Shown here piece by piece: positions 57,471 to 64,000 of a stretch of DNA of 64,000 bases. Source of the DNA: an uncultured Verrucomicrobiae bacterium (GTDB lineage Bacteria; Verrucomicrobiota; Verrucomicrobiia; Limisphaerales; Palsa-1400). Each line of letters starts with the position of its first letter. Position 1 is the first letter of the stretch. The stretch is from the NCBI GenBank assembly GCA_963764165.1, contig CAVXRD010000002.1, positions 3,104,001-3,168,000 on the forward strand. The letters are read 5' to 3'. The notes under the pieces are model-generated. The model was given only the letters and a program-made list of their open reading frames with translations. It was not told where the DNA came from and ran no database searches. Made by a program: the position numbers and the translations under genes.

Positions 57471-58925
57471 ATGAAATCGAATTTTCAATTCAACGAAGAA
57501 GCGTTCCGGCAAAGCATCAACCGCCGCACGTTTCTGACGCGTTCCGCCTACGGGCTGGGCGGGCTTGCTCTGGCAACCCTCTTCAATCCCAAATTGCTCG
57601 CGGGCGAGACGCCGTCGCCGCACGGAATCCCCGGGTCAATCCAGCCGCTGCACTTTCCCGCCAAGGCCAAGCGCGTGATTCATTTATGCATGGCAGGCGG
57701 ACCTTCGCATCTGGAATCATTCGATAACAAACCCAAGCTCACGGAGCTGGATGGCAAACCGTTTCCCGAGTCGCTGACCAAAGGCCAGCAGCTCGCGCAA
57801 TTGCAACTGGCAACACTCAAGGCACGCGGTTCTTTCGTGGACTTCGCGCGCTACGGCAATTCGGGCCAGGAGATTTCCAGCCTGTTTCCGCATATCGCGT
57901 CCATGGCTGACGACATTTGCATCGTCCGTTCCATGCACACCGAACAGATCAACCACGATCCGGCGCACGCGTTCATGAACACCGGCTCGATCATCAAGGG
58001 CCGGCCCAGCATGGGCTCGTGGCTGTTCTACGGCCTCGGCGCGGAGACGGACAATCTGCCGGGTTTTGTGGTCTTCACCACGCAGGGAAAAATCGGCGTG
58101 CAACCCGTTTCGTCGCGGCAATGGTCGGCGGGATTCCTGCCCAGCCGTTACCAGGGGATTCAATTTCAATCGCGCGGCGACGCCGTTCATTACGTCGGCA
58201 ATCCCGCCGGAGTCTGCCAAAGCACGCAGCGCCAGGTCATTGAGGAAGTCAACCGCATGAACGGCATTCTCGAGGACGAAAAGCTCGATCCCGAAATTCA
58301 AACGCGCATCGCACAATACGAGTTGGCGTTTCGGATGCAGAGTTCCGTGCCAGAGCTGACGGATTTTGCGAGCGAGCCGCAGCACATCCTCGACATGTAC
58401 GGCATCAAGCACGTCGGCGAGGGAACGTTTGCCTCGAACTGCCTGATGGCGCGGCGGCTGGCCGAACGCGGCGTGCGTTTCATTCAGTTATATCATCGCG
58501 CATGGGATCATCACAGCGAGATTGTCAAAGGAATGACGGACGCCGCCAAGGATGTGGACCAATCGAGCGCCGCCCTGGTGCAGGACCTCAAGCAGCGCGG
58601 CATGCTGGAGGACACACTGGTGATTTGGGGCGGAGAATTCGGCCGCACGCCGATGGGCCAGGGCTCGGGCCGCGACCATCACATCAAGGCCTTCAGCATC
58701 TGGATGGCCGGGGGCGGCATCAAGCCCGGAATCACCTACGGACACACGGATGACCTCGGCTACAGCTACCTCGAAGACGGCCAGGACATGGACGTCCACG
58801 ACTTGCACGCGACAATGTTGAAGCTATGCGGCATCGACCACACAAGGCTGACCGTCCGCTACCAAGGCCGCGACTTCCGGCTAACCGATGTCCATGGACG
58901 GATCATAGACGGGATTTGCGCGTGA
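57471..58925 (+). CDS. DUF1501 family protein (Tat signal)
   Basis: NRRTFL, AKRVI.L.M.GGPSH, ARRL.ERGVRF, WDHH and GEFGRTP. Confidence 0.93.
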   Translation: MKSNFQFNEEAFRQSINRRTFLTRSAYGLGGLALATLFNPKLLAGETPSPHGIPGSIQPLHFPAKAKRVIHLCMAGGPSHLESFDNKPKLTELDGKPFPESLTKGQQLAQLQLATLKARGSFVDFARYGNSGQEISSLFPHIASMADDICIVRSMHTEQINHDPAHAFMNTGSIIKGRPSMGSWLFYGLGAETDNLPGFVVFTTQGKIGVQPVSSRQWSAGFLPSRYQGIQFQSRGDAVHYVGNPAGVCQSTQRQVIEEVNRMNGILEDEKLDPEIQTRIAQYELAFRMQSSVPELTDFASEPQHILDMYGIKHVGEGTFASNCLMARRLAERGVRFIQLYHRAWDHHSEIVKGMTDAAKDVDQSSAALVQDLKQRGMLEDTLVIWGGEFGRTPMGQGSGRDHHIKAFSIWMAGGGIKPGITYGHTDDLGYSYLEDGQDMDVHDLHATMLKLCGIDHTRLTVRYQGRDFRLTDVHGRIIDGICA

Positions 58926-59028
58926 GATCCGGCACCCGGCAGTAATCCACGCGTTGCATGTTGTTCCGTTCGGAACGGATATTTCTCTGGACTTGGAACC
59001 TAAAGAAATTAAAGACGTTGGAGCGAAT

Positions 59029-59445
59029 ATGACGTGGCTTGCGTGGGCATTGCTTTCGGCGTTGTTTGCGGGCCTTACCGCCGTGCTCGCGAAAGCTGGC
59101 GTCAAGGGCGTTGACTCGAATTTGGCCACCGCAATTCGGACTGTGGTGATCCTGATATTCGCGTGGGGAATCGCCCTTTACAGGGGAATCGAGAGCATAA
59201 ACAAAGCCTCTGGGAAAACATGGCTTTTTCTCGTTTTGTCCGGTCTTGCCACTGGGGCCTCATGGCTTTGTTATTTCCGCGCGTTGCAGATGGGCGAGGC
59301 TTCAAGAGTGGCGCCGATAGACAAGCTCAGTGTAGTGATCGCAATGCTTCTTGCTGTCGCATTCTTGGGCGAGAGCCTGACCTTGCGCCAATGCCTTGGC
59401 GCGGCGTGCATCGTGATCGGCGCGATTTTGATTGCGAGGGCTTGA
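59029..59445 (+). CDS. EamA/DMT family transporter (single domain)
   Basis: LAKAG...VDSNLATAIRT, SWLCYFRAL and VAPIDKLS. Confidence 0.9.
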   Translation: MTWLAWALLSALFAGLTAVLAKAGVKGVDSNLATAIRTVVILIFAWGIALYRGIESINKASGKTWLFLVLSGLATGASWLCYFRALQMGEASRVAPIDKLSVVIAMLLAVAFLGESLTLRQCLGAACIVIGAILIARA

Positions 59446-59632
59446 GAATGCGGCGGGGGCGCATCTCATGTTTTTGAGCGGTCAAGTCAAGAACACCAAA
59501 AGGCGCCACCCAAAATAATCATATCGGTGAAATCTGAGAGGACGGATGGCAGCGAATGCGGGGCGGTTTGTCACTTATAATTAACTTGATGTTTGGCCGC
59601 TTTGGCATTTAGATAGCCGCTTTCCAAGACGC

Positions 59633-60016
59633 TTGTTCACGGAAGAGAACAATTTTAAGTCGGCGTACTGCGCGCGCTTTCGCGTCGCGCCAGAACAATA
59701 TGAATCGAGTATTCTGCGTCGATGCCTGCCCCTTCATGCCAGGCTGGCCGCCCCGCTGCTGATCGCGTTCGGTTCACAGCTTTTCGCAAAGGATCTGGAA
59801 TTCGTTCACTATTTGGGTGACACCACCACGCGGCGCGAGGTGCGGATGCAGTTGGACGCATTCAATTACGAGCGCCGCCTGAAGCCAAGACCAGTGAAAA
59901 ACATCTTCCGCCTGTGGGTGTCGGCGTCGAAGGTTCTCCGCTTGAGCAATGAGCTTCTGCCACGGCGTTCAACAACCGGGGAAGGCGCTGGCGAAGTTCG
60001 ACTCGAGAATCCCTGA
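59633..60016 (+). CDS. Hypothetical protein
   Basis: 127-aa ORF (TTG start) filling the gap between EamA and the convergent ECF gene. Confidence 0.55.
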   Translation: MFTEENNFKSAYCARFRVAPEQYESSILRRCLPLHARLAAPLLIAFGSQLFAKDLEFVHYLGDTTTRREVRMQLDAFNYERRLKPRPVKNIFRLWVSASKVLRLSNELLPRRSTTGEGAGEVRLENP

Positions 60017-60024
60017 CCGATTCT

Positions 60025-60615
60025 TCAAGGAGCCTTTGCCGCCTTTTGAACGCCTGAAGGCGGGCCGCCATCGGATAGTTCCCGGTGCAGCCAAGCTTTC
60101 GCAAAAGACCAATCTCGTTTCGCCGTGGTAATGGAAATTTGGAGCGATTCAGCGGATTCCTCAATGGTCATTCCGACAAAATACCGGAGCTTGACGAGTT
60201 CGGCTTTCTGGGGATGCGACTGCGCGAACTTGTCAAGCGATTCACTGATGGCGACCAGGCGGGAGTCATCGTCGGGGGCCGCCAGCGAGTCGTCGAATTC
60301 CACCCGCGATTGCCCGCCGCCATGGCGAATGGCGCTCTTGCGCCGGGCGCGGTCGACGAGGATGCGCCTCATCGCCTCCGCTGCCGCGCCGAAAAAATGG
60401 GCGCGCCCGTCCCAATGGTCCTGCTTGCCTCCGCTCAGCTTGATCCAAGCCTCGTGAACGAGGGCCGTGGGTTGCAATGTATGCCCGCCCGGCTCCTGCG
60501 CCATGCGCCGGGCGGCGAGCTGGCGAAGCTCATGGTAAACCAAGGGCAGCAATTCCGCGGCGGCCTGGCGGTCCCCGCCTTCGATGGCTTCGAGAAGTTT
60601 TGGAACGGGATTCAT
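60025..60615 (-). CDS. ECF sigma factor, TIGR02999-like
   Basis: LLPLVY.ELR.LA, TLQPTALVHEAW and LVKLRYFVG. Confidence 0.93.
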   Translation of the reverse strand: MNPVPKLLEAIEGGDRQAAAELLPLVYHELRQLAARRMAQEPGGHTLQPTALVHEAWIKLSGGKQDHWDGRAHFFGAAAEAMRRILVDRARRKSAIRHGGGQSRVEFDDSLAAPDDDSRLVAISESLDKFAQSHPQKAELVKLRYFVGMTIEESAESLQISITTAKRDWSFAKAWLHRELSDGGPPSGVQKAAKAP

Positions 60616-60630
60616 TTCCTAAACGGGCAT

Positions 60631-63600
60631 TTATTTGTTTGCGGCCATGGGTGGAACGCTATCGGGCGAATCATTCCAATCAAGACCCAATGCGGCCACC
60701 TTCGCGCGCAGCGCGCGAAGATCCCACAATTGCAACTCGCCGCCTGATTCCACCGCCGCCAGGCGTTTCCCGTCGGCATCGAGGGCGATCGCCGAAAACG
60801 CCAGTGCCGAACCGGGAGCCCGAATATTATACAAGACGCGATGGCTTGCGCTGTCCATGATCGCAATGCGGTTGAAGTCGTGAACATAGGCGGCGAACCT
60901 GCCGTTCCGCGAAAAGGCCATCCTGTTTACCTGCTGAATCCAATCTCCGCCCTGCCGCCATGAACCTGCCGTGCCGTTCGTTTTCCATGTTTGGTAATCC
61001 GTCGAAATCAGGACGTAGGAAGCGCTATCCGGCGCGAAAGCGACGCGCGCGCGGCTTGGCATGGCAAACGATCGATCCAGCCCGCCGGCGGCGACGTTCC
61101 AAATTTTGGCCTCGGTATTTTGCCACGAACCGGTGCCGACCCAGTGCCCATCCGGGCTGATGGCAATGTAGTCGGCGTTCTTGTGCGTGCGCAAATGAAC
61201 GACGTTCGATGGGGAAGCCGGATCGACGACCACAGCCTCGCCGGCCCCGTAATCCGCCACCGCCAAATGGCGGCCCGACCGGTCGATGGCCACCTCGCGA
61301 AGTTCGGGAGAGGCGTAAACGGTTTCCGGCTCTCCCAACTCCCAGCCTGGCTTTTTCCGAACGAGCGGTCGTTTGACCAGCCCAACACCGCGCTCGCTGA
61401 CGAACAGGCTTCCGCCGTCCGGTGAGAAGACAAGCCCTTCGCAGTAATTCGACACGGCGAACCGAGCCTCGGATTTTCCGGTTTCCGCATTCCACAGTAG
61501 AATCGAATTGTCCGTGGCAACGGCTAGAAGCTGGTTGTCCGGACTGAAAGACGGCGCGACCGCATAGTGTTCCGCCGAATCGATGTGCAGCCGGTGGTAA
61601 ACGGGAGTCACATCAATGTCCAACATTCGGAAATGGCGGTCCACCGCAACGACTCCCAGTTGCCGGTCGTCGGCCGTGAAGGCCAGTGATTGGAATGTTG
61701 CTTTGATTGACACCAACTGTTCTCCCGTGTCCGGCAGCCAGAGACGGACAGATCCGTCCCAGCTTCCGCTGGCGAGGACGGAGCCCGCATGGTTGAACGC
61801 CAGGGCGACGACTGGCGCGAAGTGGCCTTCGAGCGCGAGGCGCTCCTCAAAGGTGGCCCGATCCATCAAATGCACCCGGTTGTCACGCCCCCCAATCGCC
61901 AGCCATTTGCCAGCGCAATCCCACGCCACGCAGTCCGCGCCGTAACCCAGCTTTATTGACCGTAATAACCCGCCCGAGCGAAGCTCAAAAATGTAAAGCA
62001 CACGGCCGTCTCTTGAAAGCCCGGAAAGCAGTTCGTTTTCATGGGCCAGCGCGAGATTATTGAAGTCTTGGCCGGCGGAAACGCGAAGAATTTCTTTGCC
62101 TGTCGCCGTATCGAATATCATGACACCGCCGTTTGGAGCGCCAACGGCGAGGCGGCTTCCGTCATCGCTGAATGCGTCGCTGTATCCCGCCGGGACATGG
62201 CTAAGCAGTTCCTTGCCGTGATCCACGTCCCACAGGGACACCGCGCGGTGCTCCCCATCCGGGGATTCCCAGAAAAGGGCGCGGGAGCCGTCCGGGGTGA
62301 ATCGCGCGGCGAACAGGCGATTGGTGCCGCGCGGGATCGACAACATCGGGCGGTCGCCAAAAACCGCGCGAATCGTCACGTTGGCAGGCTCGTCCAGCAG
62401 CACATACCGCGACCCATCCGGGGAGCACTCGGCGCGCCGTCTTTCCAGAACCCAGTTGGAGAGTGAATAATAACCGGGCGTGCCAAGTTTCACGTCAGTC
62501 AACGCCAGGGCCGCGATGGCCTCGTCGCGAACTTCGTCTGTCACGCGAATAGAGGCGGCGGTCAAAATCGCGGCCAGACTTTTTTCTTTTTGACCTGCCT
62601 GGTGGCTCGAAGAAAGTGCGGCGGCCTCGGCCAGCGACGAATTCCAAAGACGGTCGGTCGCCACGCGCGTCGCCCGCGCCTCGGCTTCGCGGGCGGATTG
62701 GATGCGCACCACTGCCACCAGCGTTCCGCATAGGCCGAGAATCAGGACTCCCACAAACGCGGCAGCCGCCGTCACCGCCGTCTTGTGCCGCCGGGCCGCC
62801 TTGGCCAGCAAATACCATTTGTCGGGAGGACACGCGGCCACCGGTTCGTCGGCCAGGTGGCGTGCGACGTCGCGGGCGAGGCGTTCCGCCGTTTCGTAAC
62901 GCCGCGTGCGGTCTTTTTCAAGCGCCTTGAGGACGATCCAATCCAATTCGCCGCGAATGGTGCGCACGAGTTTGGGAACATCCGTTTGGCGGCGCATCGC
63001 GGTGCTGGTGAGGTCGCCGTTGGCCATGGTTTGGAGCATGGTGGAGGGGGTGGCCGGCTCCTCTTCCCTGATGATGCGCCGAATTTCGTCAACTCCCGCG
63101 CGAAAAAGGCGGTCGCTCGGGAATGGCGTCCGTCCTGTCAACAATTCATAGAGCAGCACGCCAAGCGAATAGATGTCGCTCCGCGTATCGACGCCTTGCG
63201 CATTCATCTCGGCCTGCTCGGGGCTCATGTAGGCGGGCGTTCCCAGGAACTGCTCAAAGGCGGTGAACAGCGTTTTGTCGGTGAGCGGTTCCTGGGTGGC
63301 CTTGGCGATGCCAAAATCAATGACCTTCGGCAACGGCACCCCGTCGTTGAGTGTCACGAGAATGTTGGAGGGCTTGATGTCGCGGTGAATGATTCCCTTT
63401 TGATGCGCGTGCTGGATGGCGCCGCAGACTTGGATGAAAAGTTCGAGCCGTTCGCGGGTGGAAAGATTGTGGCTGTCACAGAATTCCGTGATTTTGACGC
63501 CGCGCACCAGTTCCATCACAAAATACGGACGGCCTGAAACGGTCGCGCCCGCGTCGAGAACCTTGGCGATGTTCGGATGATCGAGAATGGCGAGGGCCTG

Positions 63601-63993
63601 GCGCTCGGCCTCAAAGCGCGCCACCACGTTGCGCGTGTCCATGCCGAGCTTGATGATCTTGACCGCGACTTCGCGGCGAATGGGTTCGTTCTGGCTCGCC
63701 ATGTAGACAACGCCGCAGCCGCCTTCCCCGATTTTTTCGAGGAGCTTGTAGCGGCCCACCTTGCGCCCGGCCAAATCGTTGACCGGCAGCACGGACTCGA
63801 ATGCTTCCAATTGCGCCGGGGGAGTCTCGAGGAAGGTCTCAGCGTTGTTGTGCGAATTCAGCAGCGCCTCGACCCGGCGGAGCAGTTCATCATCGCCAGC
63901 GCAAGCCTCCGACAAGTAGGCGGCCCGCCGTTCCTCGGCCAAATCTATCGCCGCGGCAAATATCGTTTCTTCGGATTTGATTTCTCCGTTCAT
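60631..63993 (-). CDS. Ser/Thr kinase with TM helix and WD40 repeats
   Basis: Kinase motifs as above; GH...V..LAF...LASGSWDGSVRLW repeats; 15 bp upstream of the ECF gene. Confidence 0.95.
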   Translation of the reverse strand: MNGEIKSEETIFAAAIDLAEERRAAYLSEACAGDDELLRRVEALLNSHNNAETFLETPPAQLEAFESVLPVNDLAGRKVGRYKLLEKIGEGGCGVVYMASQNEPIRREVAVKIIKLGMDTRNVVARFEAERQALAILDHPNIAKVLDAGATVSGRPYFVMELVRGVKITEFCDSHNLSTRERLELFIQVCGAIQHAHQKGIIHRDIKPSNILVTLNDGVPLPKVIDFGIAKATQEPLTDKTLFTAFEQFLGTPAYMSPEQAEMNAQGVDTRSDIYSLGVLLYELLTGRTPFPSDRLFRAGVDEIRRIIREEEPATPSTMLQTMANGDLTSTAMRRQTDVPKLVRTIRGELDWIVLKALEKDRTRRYETAERLARDVARHLADEPVAACPPDKWYLLAKAARRHKTAVTAAAAFVGVLILGLCGTLVAVVRIQSAREAEARATRVATDRLWNSSLAEAAALSSSHQAGQKEKSLAAILTAASIRVTDEVRDEAIAALALTDVKLGTPGYYSLSNWVLERRRAECSPDGSRYVLLDEPANVTIRAVFGDRPMLSIPRGTNRLFAARFTPDGSRALFWESPDGEHRAVSLWDVDHGKELLSHVPAGYSDAFSDDGSRLAVGAPNGGVMIFDTATGKEILRVSAGQDFNNLALAHENELLSGLSRDGRVLYIFELRSGGLLRSIKLGYGADCVAWDCAGKWLAIGGRDNRVHLMDRATFEERLALEGHFAPVVALAFNHAGSVLASGSWDGSVRLWLPDTGEQLVSIKATFQSLAFTADDRQLGVVAVDRHFRMLDIDVTPVYHRLHIDSAEHYAVAPSFSPDNQLLAVATDNSILLWNAETGKSEARFAVSNYCEGLVFSPDGGSLFVSERGVGLVKRPLVRKKPGWELGEPETVYASPELREVAIDRSGRHLAVADYGAGEAVVVDPASPSNVVHLRTHKNADYIAISPDGHWVGTGSWQNTEAKIWNVAAGGLDRSFAMPSRARVAFAPDSASYVLISTDYQTWKTNGTAGSWRQGGDWIQQVNRMAFSRNGRFAAYVHDFNRIAIMDSASHRVLYNIRAPGSALAFSAIALDADGKRLAAVESGGELQLWDLRALRAKVAALGLDWNDSPDSVPPMAANK

Positions 63994-64000
63994 GGGGCGG

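Overview
A 64-kb bacterial chromosome segment, most likely from a PVC-group organism. The gene content points to Verrucomicrobiota of the Pedosphaera/Limisphaera type (inference): DUF1549/DUF1553 and DUF1501 genes, TIGR02999-type ECF sigma factors paired with Ser/Thr kinases, and large 'TN'-rich secreted proteins. Housekeeping and metabolic genes include a GH57 branching enzyme, aroF, pilT, thiG, a heptose kinase, panB, moaC, mog, a rhamnulose aldolase/dehydrogenase and a xylose-isomerase-like enzyme. There are two toxin-antitoxin loci and a 7.7-kb tyrosine-integrase island at tRNA-Leu(CAA), bounded by a 32-bp att duplication. Two ECF-kinase modules are present, and one of them brackets three BspA-type leucine-rich-repeat genes. 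The most unusual signals are: (i) a ~100-bp dispersed module of phased TGTT(G/A)CC heptamers plus a GTTGATAATCAAC palindrome (5 copies), tied to a MITE family with GGTTCCTC termini and 8-bp target duplications; (ii) a second, ~270-330-bp dispersed element with a 20-21-bp perfect stem showing three compensated changes; (iii) an orphan sigma70 promoter + boxA-like site + three-way-junction RNA candidate; (iv) a fixed-spacing promoter motif shared by the kinase gene and the LRR cassette; and (v) a common ~65-aa C-terminal 'W...FYR' domain on six secreted proteins of four unrelated architectures, a candidate sorting signal. All family assignments come from motif recognition, not from database searches.
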